Shown piece after piece: positions 1-13,931 of a DNA stretch of 64,000 bases (position 1 is its first letter; each line of letters begins with the position of its first letter). Under the pieces are notes generated by a model. It worked only from the letters and a program-made list of their open reading frames with translations, made no database searches and had not been told where the DNA came from. Source of the stretch: Eledone cirrhosa (Eukaryota); NCBI GenBank assembly GCA_964016885.1, contig OZ024749.1:8060001-8124000 (forward strand), written 5' to 3'. The position numbers and the translations under genes were made by a program.

Positions 1-1048
1 CTATTATTAGCTATGGTTATATTGAATAACAACCTCTCCCCAGTCTAACTATATATCCCTATTATTAGCTATGGTTATATTGAATAACAACCTCTCCCTA
101 GACTACCTATATATCCCTATTATTAGCTATGGTTATATTGGATAACAACCTCTCCCTAGACTACCTATATATCCCTATTATTAGCTATGGTTATATTGAA
201 TAACAACCTCTCCCTAGTCTAACTATATATCCCTATTATTAGCTATGGTTATATTGAATAACAACCTCTCCCTAGACTACCTATATATCCCTATTATTAG
301 CTATGGTTATATTGAATAACAACCTCTCCCTAGACTACCTATATATCCCTATTATTAGCTATGGTTATATTGAATAACAACCTCTCCCTAGTCTAACTAT
401 ATATCCCTATTATTAGCTATGGTTATATTGAATAACAACCTCTCCCTAGACTACCTATATATCCCTATTATTAGCTATGGTTATATTGAATAACAACCTC
501 TCCCTAGTCTAACTATACATCCCTATTATTAGCTATGGTTATATTGAATAACAACCTCTCCCTAGTCTAACTATATATCCCTATCATTAGCTATGGTTAT
601 ATTGAATAACAACCTCTCCCTAGTCTAACTATATATCCCTATTATTAGCTATGGTTATATTGAATAACAACCTCTCCCTAGTCTACCTATACATCCCTAT
701 TATTATCTATGGTTATATTGAATAACAACCTCTCCCTAGTCTAACTATATATCCCTATTATTAGCTATGGTTATATTGAATAACAACCTCTCCCTAGACT
801 ACCTATATATCCCTATTATTAGCTATGGTTATATTGAATAACAACCTCTCCCTAGACTACCTATATATCCCTATTATTAGCTATGATTATATTGAATAAC
901 AACCTCTCCCTAGACTACCTATACATCCCTATTATTAGCTATGGTTATATTGAATAACAACCTCTCCCTAGACTAACTATACATCCCTATTATTAGCTAT
1001 GGTATTATTGAATAACAACCTCTCCCTAGACTCCCTATACATCCCTAT
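1..1048. repeat. 58-bp minisatellite, ~18 copies, truncated by window start
   Basis: Unit CTATTATTAGCTATGGTTATATTGAATAACAACCTCTCCCTAGWCTAMCTATAYATCC recurs every 58 bp; a further partial unit lies at ~1264-1293. Confidence 0.95.
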
Positions 1049-1068
1049 TTAACCACAATAAGGCATAA

Positions 1069-1266
1069 TGTGGCGGTGGATTGGCAGTATCGGTACAGTG
1101 TCGGACGCCATGCTTTGACGCATAGAGTTACGGCACTTGCCATTCTGAGTTCAAATCCCGCCAGGGTTAACTTTGCCTTTCATCCTTACGGGGGGTCGAT
1201 AAAATAAAGTACCAGTAATGTACTGGGTAATTTGCTGGCCTTGTGCCAAAAAAAGTAGAAACAATT
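1069..1266 (+). mobile_element. tRNA-derived SINE family 1 (MetaSINE-like core)
   Basis: A-box-like TGGCAGTATCGG, B-box GAGTTCAAATCC, core AACTTTGCCTTTCATCCTTACGGGGGTCGATAAAATAAAGTACC, tail TTGCTGGCCTTGTGCCAAAA; about 10 copies in the window. Confidence 0.85.
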
Positions 1267-1291
1267 ATTAACTATGGTTATACTGAATAAC

Positions 1292-1392
1292 AACTCAGAA
1301 TGGCAAGGGCCGTAACTCTATGCGTCAAAGCATGGCGTCCGACACTCTACCGATACTGCCAATCGACCGCCACATGGTGCCTTATTATGGTT
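1292..1392 (-). mobile_element. SINE family 1, inverted 5' portion
   Basis: Reverse complement of ~1051-1150. Confidence 0.8.
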
Positions 1393-1813
1393 ACATTTAT
1401 TTATTCTTAAATGGATCAACATAATTTTGCTCTGTTGGGTTCTGTTGAGAACCTTTCCTCTGTTACTGTAGTAAACCCGTGTTCTACCTCTATAAATACT
1501 AATGACCTTTAACATCGAAATAGGTGTGAAAGTAACAATTCTGCAGCCTTTTCTTTGTCACAGCTTTACGTTGAATTACTAAATTCGATACTTGCCTGTT
1601 TTATCCTTGTATTTTCTCTTTATCACATTTCCCCATTCATTTCCAAGCTTTATTGTGCTACATAAATTGTTTGGTTCGTAATTTAAGATTATTATTGGTA
1701 TTAAACTTATTATTGCTCATAATAATATCATTGTATTATATAATGTAATATAATATATAATAATATATATATGATATAGAAAATAGGCATTATTAGGTAT
1801 CTGATATAATAAC

Positions 1814-1814
<1 letters not shown>

Positions 1815-1856
<42 letters not shown>

Positions 1857-1884
1857 TAACATCAATGACTGAGACTCAAAGAAC

Positions 1885-1967
<83 letters not shown>

Positions 1968-2022
1968 TAATATAAAAACGATAACAACACCAACAAGAGT
2001 CAGATTGATATGATTATTATTG

Positions 2023-2054
<32 letters not shown>

Positions 2055-2058
2055 TATT
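1815..2058. repeat. (AAT)n/(ATT)n microsatellites
   Basis: Direct inspection. Confidence 0.95.
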
Positions 2059-2120
2059 ATTGGTGTGAAAATGATAGAAAGAAATTTCTGCAAAAACTCC
2101 ACCTGGTTAATAGACTATGA

Positions 2121-2512
<392 letters not shown>

Positions 2513-3010
2513 ACTATCAATAGCTCTCCAAGTCATTTTTTTCTAATCTATTATTTACGATATTTATGTTTTCTTCGGTGAGATATATTAACTGTAGGAA
2601 ATAAAAAGATAAAAGTCATTTTGAAATATCACCACAATGGCCGACGGAATATCAAAGGTTCCATAATATATAGGATAAATTAGATATTTTACAGCCTATA
2701 TACTATTTTAGTTTACTTTTTGTTCCATATTTCCAGAATTGGTTTCGTATTTGCTATTATCAGTGTTAGAAGCACCTTTGATAATATAAGATAATAACTG
2801 TATCCCTTTTTTTTAATATTACTTTCATGAAAGAGGCGTGGAATTATTGCAAGCGTCAAAGAAAAGGCCAAAATCCGGCCATTTTTTTTACTGAGGCAAA
2901 TCCAGCAGGATTTAGCTATAACTTCCATTCTTCCAGTGTCGTTCGAGAAATTGATGAAAGTTACTTTTCGAACAATTATATGCATAGGTATGAAGAGGGA
3001 TTATGTGTAT

Positions 3011-3042
<32 letters not shown>

Positions 3043-3050
3043 CAAACACA

Positions 3051-3089
<39 letters not shown>

Positions 3090-3092
3090 AAT

Positions 3093-3143
3093 GGCTTCTA
3101 CAGGACTAGAACTGTTTCATTCGGGAGAAATCATCAGGGAGCC
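3093..3143 (-). ncRNA. Type I hammerhead ribozyme motif, family D
   Basis: Minus strand GGCTCC-CTGATGA-TTTCTCCCGAAT-GAAA-CAGTTCTAGTCCTG-TA-GAAGCC; stem III CAG/CTG, GUA site, one stem I mismatch. Confidence 0.75.
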
Positions 3144-3189
3144 CTTGAATACCTTACTTACTATGCTTACCCTCGATTGAACCCGGGAT

Positions 3190-3265
<76 letters not shown>

Positions 3266-3413
3266 ATATGTATTTATGTGTGAGTGTGTGTGAGTCCCGG
3301 ATTCAATGGCGGGTAACTAAAGTTCGTAAATTAATCAATACGGATGATTTATTTTGAATGAAACAGTTCTAATCCTGTAGAAGCCATTTCTATATTAAAC
3401 ATGATATTATATA

Positions 3414-3525
<112 letters not shown>

Positions 3526-3671
3526 ATAATAATAAATTTGAAGACTAAAATCCAAAGAGCGCTCTATAAGAATAAATATATTCTTTGCTTAAACTTTAAT
3601 CTGTTATTTTAATATATATATATATATTAATTCAAAATATTAACAAATATAGACATTCGTTTGATCAAGTA

Positions 3672-3738
3672 TATTTTATTATACATATTTCAGAGGTACT
3701 GAGCTATCTTCAACAGTACGTCCTCATCAGATAAAATA
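3672..3738 (-). ncRNA. Minimal type I hammerhead ribozyme (inverted copy)
   Basis: Reverse complement of the 3842-3908 motif. Confidence 0.8.
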
Positions 3739-3841
3739 AGATGATGCTTGACATACCTTGACTAAGTAGATGGTTAAAATTCAGTCATGGCATGAATGAA
3801 TTTTAACCATCTACTTAGTCAAGGTATGTCAAGCATCATCT

Positions 3842-3908
3842 TATTTTATCTGATGAGGATGTACTGTTGAAGATAGCTCAGTACCTCTGAAATATGTATA
3901 ATAAAATA
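3842..3908 (+). ncRNA. Minimal type I hammerhead ribozyme
   Basis: TATTTTAT-CTGATGA-GGATGTACTG..CAGTACCTCT-GAAA-TATGTA-TA-ATAAAATA; 8-bp stem I, long stem II, near-palindromic stem III. Confidence 0.85.
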
Positions 3909-3983
3909 TATTTGAACACACGAATGTCTATATTTGTTAATATTTTGAATTAATATTAATAACTCCGGAAAACCAAATTTCTA

Positions 3984-4049
3984 TGGAGTGCTTCTAATCT
4001 ATTGTAAAACTTTATTCATTGATTTATTCATTAAACGTTATTTAACCTT

Positions 4050-4094
<45 letters not shown>

Positions 4095-4186
4095 TTAAAT
4101 GTTAAACAAGGTTCAATTTAAAGGTTAAACAAGGTTCAATGAATAAATCAATGAATAAAGTTTTACAATAGATTAGAAGCACTCCA
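3984..4186. repeat. Inverted repeat pair (~70 bp) flanking (TA)n
   Basis: TGGAGTGCTTCTAATCTATTGTAAAAC... mirrored by ...GTTTTACAATAGATTAGAAGCACTCCA. Confidence 0.8.
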
Positions 4187-4495
4187 CACACACATATATA
4201 TATATATATAGTTGAAGAATATGGTGATTTCTATTATAGATAGGAAGTGTATCTATCCAGCTTGTGTTTATGTGAACATGTTATCCATATACTGTTAATG
4301 TAGAGGTTCATTGCATCGTTGGCTTCAAAAATATAGATTTTCTTTCTATATTTCAAATATATCATATATACGGATATTCTGTAAGTAAGACTTACATTAT
4401 AAATTGTGCACTTCGGAATAGACTAAATGGTGATTTGCAGACAGGGAGACGTGTTGATTATATACACATATATATATATGGGGAAAAAGGTTATA

Positions 4496-4551
<56 letters not shown>

Positions 4552-4791
4552 AAAGTTTTATTTAAAACTGCCTATCATATTTAAAACTGCCTATCATATT
4601 TCTCTCTCCCATATCTCTCTCTCTATCTCGCTCTGTTGTTTTTCTTTACATGCATTTCTTCATTTTCTTCGTCTTCCTCTCTAACTGTCCTTAGCACTAT
4701 ACACTTTCTTTCTTTTTCCCTTCGTCTTTTTAAATAGAAGTTGTAAAATTTAAGGTATGTCAAATTTATTTATAAAACTGTTTATATATTG

Positions 4792-4857
4792 TATTTTGTC
4801 TGAAGAGGGCATACCATATTTGTAATATGATATCCCTGAAATATATATAATGAAATA
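4792..4857 (+). ncRNA. Minimal type I hammerhead ribozyme, family E
   Basis: TATTTTGT-CTGAAGA-GGG...CCCT-GAAA-TATATA-TA-ATGAAATA; homologous to the 26109 and 26442 copies. Confidence 0.8.
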
Positions 4858-4897
4858 AATATGGTTTTATAAATGTAGATTCCATTTGTTTAATATC

Positions 4898-4946
<49 letters not shown>

Positions 4947-5110
4947 TATATACACAACTGTATATAAATTATACAACAGGATTATAGAAACCGGAAGAAG
5001 AGATAGAGGTGAGGGTTAGAGTGGATGGTATGAGTGAAGACGAAATGAGGGGAATATAGAGAAAGAGATGAGTTGGAATGAGATGTGAGAATGACAGAAA
5101 GAGAGATTAG

Positions 5111-5250
5111 AGACAAGGGCTAACATTTATGGGCTGTCCCCGTCTCTCGGCTCAGAGACAAGGTCTAACATTTATGGGCTGTCCCCGTCTCTCGTCTCAG
5201 AGACAAGGGCTAACATTTATGCGCTGTCCTCGTCTCCAGTCTCAGAGACA
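5111..5250. repeat. 45-bp tandem repeat, ~3 copies
   Basis: AGACAAGGGCTAACATTTATGGGCTGTCCCCGTCTCTCG.CTCAG at 5111, 5156, 5201. Confidence 0.9.
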
Positions 5251-5530
5251 ACTGTTGGAATCTTTGAGGACACCACGAGGGGGCAACCAGGCCCTTGATC
5301 TAGGAATAAATCTCATGAAGTTAATAGTGTGGGAGCCACCCGCTAACCAGCTGACCAGGCCAGACACCAACCAACGTATGGAAGGTCAAATATCGAGGAC
5401 ATGGATGATTGCCCCCACAAAACATATAGGTTAACGTGAATGTCTGTAGGTTCTCTCATTTCAAGTCTCTGTCAACATTTACACATTGTAGAAATAAACA
5501 CTCCATGTAAATGCATTAACTGTTTTTATA

Positions 5531-5565
<35 letters not shown>

Positions 5566-5672
5566 CCGTGTGTCTGTGTGTGTTTGGGTGTGAATTATAT
5601 ATGTATGTGTATGTATATATATAATTCACACACAAACACACGCATACATATATGTATACATACTAATATATA

Positions 5673-5835
5673 TATAAGTATGTATGTATACGTACATACA
5701 TATATGCATACAGACGTACAGTAGCATGTACGTCTGTATGCATATATGTATGTACGTATATATACATACTTACATTTAAATAAGTGCCGTACTAAGAGTG
5801 AGAAATGAAATTTCATTTCACCCTATTCCATTTTA
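5673..5835 (+). mobile_element. Diverged solo fold-back copy of the 3' end of the 424-bp array family
   Basis: GTACGTCTGTATGCATATATGTATGTACGT...GCCGTACTAAGAGTGAGAAATGAAAT matches ~32800-32900; palindromic at ~5675-5772. Confidence 0.8.
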
Positions 5836-5875
5836 ATATATATATAAATGTATATATACATATATGTATACATAC

Positions 5876-5908
<33 letters not shown>

Positions 5909-5972
5909 TACATATATACATATATTTCATGCACTTAACATATATATATATATATACATACACATGCACACA

Positions 5973-6048
<76 letters not shown>

Positions 6049-6293
6049 TATATATATATATATATATAAAGATACACATACACACATACACAAACATATA
6101 TATATATATATACATATATATATACACATACACAACACTTACACAGGTATATGCGTCAATTGATAGTAAAAGAGAGTATGTGTGATATTTACAATAAAAC
6201 TTTTATTCTCCTAAAATATCGCCACAAAGGTTATTAAATCGATTCAAATTATACATAATATTTCAATTCTAAATCAGGAATGAGATTTTATTG

Positions 6294-6343
<50 letters not shown>

Positions 6344-6431
6344 TGTATATATATATGAATATATATATATATATATATTCATGTATATATATATGAATAT
6401 ATATATATATATATATTCATGTATATATATA

Positions 6432-6593
<162 letters not shown>

Positions 6594-6668
6594 TATATAT
6601 ATATATATATATTCATATTTATATACATGAATATATATATATATACATATATATATATTTATATATAC

Positions 6669-6705
<37 letters not shown>

Positions 6706-6761
6706 TATATATATACATGAATATATATATATATATATGTATATATGCATATTTATATACA

Positions 6762-6821
<60 letters not shown>

Positions 6822-6881
6822 TATATATATATACATGAATATATATATATATATATATGAATATATATATATATATATACA

Positions 6882-6942
<61 letters not shown>

Positions 6943-6947
<5 letters not shown>

Positions 6948-7135
6948 AACCAGTAAGACCCCGACAGCTGAGCTCAAGCCGTTTCGACGGCTAATTCTGT
7001 CCAGAATTAGCCGTCGAAACGGCTTGAGCTCAGCTGTCGGGGTCTTACTGGTTCCTATTACCCACTCTACTACCTCAAGTATTGAGTACTTTGGTGCGTT
7101 ATGGTCCACCTGGTTCCTTACCACATTTCCTTCGT

Positions 7136-7137
<2 letters not shown>
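6943..7137 (+). mobile_element. Fold-back family A (palindrome 6943-7058 plus ~80-bp tail)
   Basis: Perfect arms; tail ends CCTTCGTTA into (TA)n; six copies in the window. Confidence 0.9.
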
Positions 7138-7170
<33 letters not shown>

Positions 7171-7215
7171 ATATATATATGAATATATATATATATGAAT
7201 ATATATATATATATA

Positions 7216-7302
<87 letters not shown>

Positions 7303-7331
7303 GAATATATATATATATATATAAATATACA

Positions 7332-7423
<92 letters not shown>

Positions 7424-7441
7424 TATATATATATATATATG

Positions 7442-7760
7442 TTGTTATACTTGGGGAGGGTCACATTTGTGTAATATTGCCAGAATTAATAACAGAACAC
7501 ACTCACTGTTTGGTTGGATTTCGCTTCTCGCTGTCTTTTATATCTGCGATCTGACTTACTCGGTCCTCAATGTTGCCATTGACTGACCGAAGAGTAAGTC
7601 AGATCGCAGATATAAAAGACAGCGAGAAGCGAAAACCAACCAAACAGTGAGTGTGTTCTGTTATTAATTCTGGCAATATTAATACACAAATATGACCCTC
7701 CCCAAGTATAACAATATCTGTTTCGACACACGATTTCATATAAAAAACCTCGCTAAACTA
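7442..7760 (+). mobile_element. Fold-back family B (palindrome plus tail)
   Basis: Arms begin TTGTTATACTTGGGGAGGGTCA and end TGACCCTCCCCAAGTATAACAA; ~45-bp tail. Confidence 0.85.
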
Positions 7761-7795
7761 ATATATATATATATGAATATATATATATATATATA

Positions 7796-7900
<105 letters not shown>

Positions 7901-7928
7901 GAATATATATATATATTCATATATATAT

Positions 7929-7962
<34 letters not shown>

Positions 7963-7981
7963 TCAAATATATATATATCTC

Positions 7982-8021
<40 letters not shown>

Positions 8022-8031
8022 TATGAATATA

Positions 8032-8062
<31 letters not shown>

Positions 8063-8068
8063 GAATAT

Positions 8069-8169
<101 letters not shown>

Positions 8170-8186
8170 AATATATATATATATAT

Positions 8187-8401
<215 letters not shown>

Positions 8402-8421
8402 TATATATATATATTCATATA

Positions 8422-8465
<44 letters not shown>

Positions 8466-8468
<3 letters not shown>

Positions 8469-8585
8469 CGAAGGAGATGTGGTAAGGAGCCAGGTGGACC
8501 GTAACGCACCAAAGTACTCAATACTTAGGGTAGTAGAGTGGGTAATAGGAACAAGTAAGACCCCTGGGGTCTTACTTGTTCCTAT
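8466..8585 (-). mobile_element. Family A copy with very short palindrome
   Basis: Tail plus ATAGGAACAAGTAAGACCCCTGGGGTCTTACTTGTTCCTAT. Confidence 0.85.
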
Positions 8586-8604
8586 ATATATATATATATA
8601 TATA

Positions 8605-8692
<88 letters not shown>

Positions 8693-8719
8693 TATATATA
8701 ATATATATATTTATATATA

Positions 8720-8803
<84 letters not shown>

Positions 8804-8806
<3 letters not shown>

Positions 8807-9012
8807 GGAACGAGTAGGACCCCGACGGCTGAGCTTAAGCCGTTTCGACGGCTAGTTCTGGACTAAAAATGATTTAGTCCAGAACTAGCCGTCGAAACGG
8901 CTTGAGCTCAGCCGTCGGGGTCCTACTCGTTCCTGTTTCCCACTCCACTACCCTAAGTATTGAGTACTTTGGTGCGTTATGGTCCATCTGGTTCCTTACC
9001 ACATTTCCTTCG

Positions 9013-9015
<3 letters not shown>
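8804..9015 (+). mobile_element. Family A fold-back
   Basis: Same architecture as 6943-7137. Confidence 0.9.
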
Positions 9016-9060
<45 letters not shown>

Positions 9061-9142
9061 GTATGTATACATAAATATATATATATGCATATATTTATAT
9101 ATATCTATCCATATCCATATATATTTATGTGTGTGTATGAGG

Positions 9143-9234
<92 letters not shown>

Positions 9235-9404
9235 TCATATATAAACATTTATATTTATATTTTCTCACCTCTATTAAATAAAGCGACATGCTGATAAATT
9301 CCATGATTTGTCCTACTTTTCCCATCATTAAAACACGAAATCTATTCGAGAATTATTATTGCCGAGGCTATAGGTCACGGGAAGTTTAGATTTTCCTCTA
9401 TCAA

Positions 9405-9585
9405 TAATTGTTTCTACTTTTGGCACAAGGCCAGCAATTACCCAGTGCATTACTGGTACTTTATTTTATCGACCCCCGTAAGGATGAAAGGCAAAGTCAA
9501 CCTCGGCGGGATTTGAACTCAGATCGTAAAGGGACGTAACTATGCTGGAAAGCATGGCGTCCGACCCTCTACCGATACTGCCAAA
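9405..9585 (-). mobile_element. SINE family 1
   Basis: Reverse complement of the SINE consensus. Confidence 0.85.
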
Positions 9586-9957
9586 CGACATCAATAATAT
9601 AAGCTACATGTATTAAAAGAAATATTTGCGAATGTCATGGAAAGCGTTAGATCTCGACCTAATAATATCAAAGGGTAATGGTCACAGTTAAAACGTCAGA
9701 TGAAAGTATGTGTGTATTAAAATTTGAAAACAGCTTTTCAAATCCATTTAGGTAAGTATATACAATAAATATAGTAAATGTTGAATTATGTAGACCTGTG
9801 CATGGAAACGTGAAGTAAGTCTATAATATTTCGTTCAAAATATTTGTGTTCCCTTTCAATAATGCTGACATATATCGCCATTAAACGATCTATGGAAGTA
9901 TGTAAATACCGCCATATTTACACGGTCAAATTATAACTCAGCCATTACTATAATAAA

Positions 9958-10082
9958 TAATTGTTTCTACGTTAGGCACAAGGCCAGCAATTACCCAGTG
10001 TATTACTGGTACTTTATTTTATCGACCCCGTAAGGATGAAAGGCAAAGTTAAGCTCGGCGGGATTTGAACTCAGAATGGCAA
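9958..10082 (-). mobile_element. SINE family 1, 5'-truncated
   Basis: Core and tail match. Confidence 0.85.
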
Positions 10083-10350
10083 GAAATAATGTGCATATAA
10101 ATATATATATATATATAGATATATATATATATATATATTTCGTTTCTGAATTTGTTTAGCAAGATTCTTTATCTGAAATCGTCTGTTGAAACCGATATTG
10201 TTATACTTGGGGAGGGTCATGTTGCCAATAAGAAACACACGCACCATTTGCTTTCTCTTCAATTTATTATAATAAATTTATAAAAATTTATAAATTTATA
10301 AATTTCTGGTTGGTTGGTTGGTTCCACAACCAGATAGTTGTTTATATATT

Positions 10351-10393
10351 GTCATAGTTCTTTCGTCACACACTCTGTGACCTCTTCAGTGAC
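10351..10393 (-). ncRNA. Type I hammerhead ribozyme, family C
   Basis: Reverse complement of 10800-10842. Confidence 0.75.
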
Positions 10394-10799
10394 TGGGGAT
10401 TCCTTTCTTTGTTTCTGTGCCTCTCCTTTGTTCTGTCCTACGCCATTTTGTTTCTGTGTGTGTGTTGTGTACTCAGTCTGCGCATGCGCCACATCCGGGT
10501 GTCTGTGTGTGTTTATGTTCATTTATTTATTTGTTTTTTTTACATGTTACTGGTTGGTTGTTTGTTCTATGTGTATGTGTGTTTCCATTTTGTCCTTAAT
10601 TGTAAGTTGTGATGTTGCTGTTCCACTCATATTTTCTATTTAATTTTGGTTGTAATTCTTTTATGTTTATTGCCTCTGTAATTTTAGACAAATTACGAAT
10701 GTGGCGCATGCGCAGACTGAGCTCACAACACACACACAGAAACAAAATGGCGTAGGACAGAACAAAGGAGAGGCACAGAAACAAAGAAAGGAAACCCCA

Positions 10800-10842
10800 G
10801 TCACTGAAGAGGTCACAGAGTGTGTGACGAAAGAACTATGAC
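10800..10842 (+). ncRNA. Type I hammerhead ribozyme, family C
   Basis: GTCA-CTGAAGA-G-GTCACA-GAGTG-TGTGAC-GAAA-GAAC-TA-TGAC. Confidence 0.75.
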
Positions 10843-10987
10843 AATATATAAACAACTATCTGGTTGTGGAACCAACCAACCAACCAACCAGAAATTTATA
10901 AATTTATTATAAATTTATTATAATAAATTGAAGTGAAAGCAACTGGTGCGTGTGTTTCTTATTGGCAACATGACCCTCCCTAAGTAT

Positions 10988-11036
<49 letters not shown>

Positions 11037-11089
11037 CTGTCAGTATACACAGAGACACACCCATACATACATATATATATATATATATA

Positions 11090-12560
11090 GAAGTGGTTAC
11101 ACAACAGTTAGTTCACCATACCGAGAAACAATTGTTCCACCTTAGCGGATCCTCAGCTCATAATGGACATGGTTATATGGAACAGGAAGGACAACCGTAC
11201 GAACGCGCATGCGCAGAAACGATCACGTCACACAGGCAATACTAAAATGCGTGCGAGAGGTTTAAGGGAGATAACTGCGAAAGTCTGAAACATTTCTAGT
11301 TGATAAGAAAATTAGGATGTTGTTGTAATTCAATTCGGAGCTTTGTAGTTACGTAAGAGCTGTTTCTAGACGTGTGGACAACGTGTGAAGAATTCATTTC
11401 TCGTGTTTAGGCAATCGCTATTGCGTAATCTCTTTAGAATATTTATTCGTTCATCAATACATAGTCCACACGACGGATTTCCCGTTGCGTATGGCTTGGA
11501 CTTAGTGATGGCTTTTCATTGAATGGAGTAGTCTATACTTGAGTTCTTGAGGGACCATACGTGGCTCCCGAGTTTCGTGGATGAACGTCTGTCCGGGTAC
11601 CTAAACGTCGACTGGTGGTTCAGGAAGCATTCATTAAATCAGCCCTCCGCCATACCCACATAGGATTTGACCTCCTGTGGTTGATTTGGTCGGTTGGAAG
11701 CGACCACAGCTTCATAAACTACAGCGGGTGTGTTGCATTGCTGTTGAAGGAGGACAAGCCTCGGAGTTACGGCTAGAGCACCCTGGTGGGGTGTTTTTCT
11801 TAGGGCTGTTGGTGATGTGGGCCTTCATGTTCTTAGCGCAGGAATATCCTAGTTTTACTTTGTGTCGGTTAAAATGGAGCGGTATTTATGACCTATGGGA
11901 AAGTGTCTATCTAAGAGGGCTAGAAATATTTTGCCTACATTGGTTTTAACGCTGAGTGAGAAGGAAGGAGAGAACCAGATAGTTTGTCTATTGTTACGCT
12001 TCCTTTTCTTATTGCTGTTGTTGATAGTGGGAGAGTAAGTGATAGGTTGCGAGAAGCCGCTGTTAGCTAACGCCGTGTTATAGTAGGGTGCCGCCCTGTC
12101 AAAGATAGCCTTATTAGAGGAGAGGTTTGAGATTCTAGTACTGATATTATTTACGAAGTTTCTAACAGTGGGGGGGGGGGGCATAAGTACTTGTGAATGT
12201 AATTGAGATATTCGTTTAGCTTATGGAAGGGTATGTAGGTGTGAGTGCGAAGGTCTAAATTAATGTCTAAGAAATCTACGCTAGAGAGGTTGGTAGCTAC
12301 TGTTATCCTAAGTCCTAACTCATTGAAGGTAGAAGCTAAGTCTTTTTTTAAACCGGTCGAGGTCGTGACCACTTTTATGGCTCGATAAGGTCAGTCCATC
12401 GTCGCGGTATATTCCCGTGTGGAAGTCCAGGAATCTAACACGTAATATGACTAAAATAAATAGGCCAACCAAGTCGCATACGTCAGCACTGTCAAACGAT
12501 CCCATGGAGACGTCCAATAGGTCTGAAGTTGTTGACTTCTTTGCCCACACTTAGCTTCTA
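11090..12560 (-). mobile_element. 5'-truncated, frameshifted Penelope-like retroelement (Naiad-like RT plus GIY-YIG)
   Basis: DVSMGSFDSADVCDLVGLFIL, GIYRDDGL, VDFLDINLDL, ISTRISNLSSN, YYNTAL, then a GIY-YIG remnant at ~11350-11750. Confidence 0.9.
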
Positions 12561-12887
12561 CCTTCAATCCTACTTGCTCCATATGCAAGTTTGTGGTATT
12601 CGATGATCGAACTGTGGACTCACGTTATCAACAGACTTCCGTTCTGGGTCTCGAATCAGTGTGAAGTGTAGCTGTAAACCACTGCCGATGGTATCAGTCA
12701 CTATCACATGCTTCTTCTTCAATAAACGAAGTAACTCCCGGTTTTTTGTGGGCAAATATATATATATATTTCGTATTTCTAAAAAAAAACAGGGTATGGT
12801 TAAAGGTAAACATTTAGAAAGCCGTAGCTATGCAAACAACACTGGGGCTAAAGCCTCTGGTGGTGTCGAGCAGAAGCAAGGGGAACA

Positions 12888-12932
12888 ATCGTCGATGCGT
12901 TTCGGAGTTTTAGTAGTCCTCATCAGGACGAT
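12888..12932 (-). ncRNA. Minimal type I hammerhead ribozyme
   Basis: ATCGTC-CTGATGA-GGA..TCC-GAAA-CGCA-TC-GACGAT, a canonical PLE-type minimal HHR; the flank 12768-12860 resembles 16982-17052. Confidence 0.9.
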
Positions 12933-12999
12933 CCCTCCCACTCTTGCGACTGCTGGACTTGAAAACAATCGAGAATATATTGTTTTCTCGTCTATGTAA

Positions 13000-13078
13000 A
13001 TGAGGTGATTAATCTCATTTGCATATGAAATTAGCCAACTTATGCAACTTCATATGCAAATGAGATTAATCACCTCAT
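13000..13078. repeat. 30-bp perfect inverted repeat
   Basis: ATGAGGTGATTAATCTCATTTGCATATGAA / TTCATATGCAAATGAGATTAATCACCTCAT. Confidence 0.9.
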
Positions 13079-13100
13079 ATATATATGTATATATATATAT

Positions 13101-13307
13101 ATAACGATGCAAGTGTGGTAGGGAACCAGGTGGATCATAACGCACCAGAGTACTCGATACATTGGGTAGTAGAGTAGGTAATAGAAAAGAGTCAGAACCC
13201 CGACGGCAGAGCTCAAGCCGTTTCGGCAGCTATTTCTGGACTCCAGAAGTGAGTCCTGAAATAGTTGTCCAAACAGCTTGAGCTCTGCCGTCGGGTTCTG
13301 ACTCTTT

Positions 13308-13308
<1 letters not shown>
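13101..13308 (-). mobile_element. Family A fold-back (diverged)
   Basis: Tail plus an imperfect palindrome. Confidence 0.8.
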
Positions 13309-13371
<63 letters not shown>

Positions 13372-13432
13372 CATATATATGTACATTTACATACATACAC
13401 TCACCAAACACTCACACACACATACACGCACG

Positions 13433-13496
<64 letters not shown>

Positions 13497-13874
13497 AGCA
13501 TATATATATGGATGACTGTAATGAAGTGGGGCAGGTGTTTGTGTGTCTATATTTATGTATACATCTCATTTATCTAAACATTGCCTGCCATGGAGTTGTC
13601 ATGTGGCTGGTATTATGGAGGAACTGTACGTATTTAGCAGAAATATGATAAACTATCGTCATGTGTCCACAAGAGAGTCGGTGATATTTGATAGGCCAGT
13701 TCGATATATTTCACTCACATATCCCTCTCGCATACTTCACTTTATATAATTTCAACATTGCTTTGTCAATATGAATTTTACTGTATCAAGTACATCAGAC
13801 TTCAGTACATCAGAAGACATCAAGTAGATCAGAAGTCATCATGATATTATATATATATATATATATGTGTGTGT

Positions 13875-13927
<53 letters not shown>

Positions 13928-13931
13928 TGTA

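Larger units (their letters stand above)
3624..3957. mobile_element. Fold-back element, ~165-bp arms centred ~3790, one HHR per arm
   Basis: Arms are near-perfect reverse complements. Confidence 0.85.
10137..10992 (-). mobile_element. Fold-back family C: 3' end of a PLE plus inverted pLTR
   Basis: Left arm matches 23940-24480 and encodes the GIY-YIG C-terminus ITEAINIKELQPKLNRKYEWNS; right arm ~10700-10992 is inverted. Confidence 0.85.

Noticed and set aside
1-1048. CRISPR-like regular repeats (also 5111-5250)
   Set aside because: No unique spacers, no cas genes, eukaryotic context.
2827-3012. Possible host exon (AG|GTATGA donor); similar candidates at ~9670-9756 and 29890-30160
   Set aside because: No recognisable protein similarity, and in-frame stops lie upstream; cannot support without RNA-seq or BLAST.
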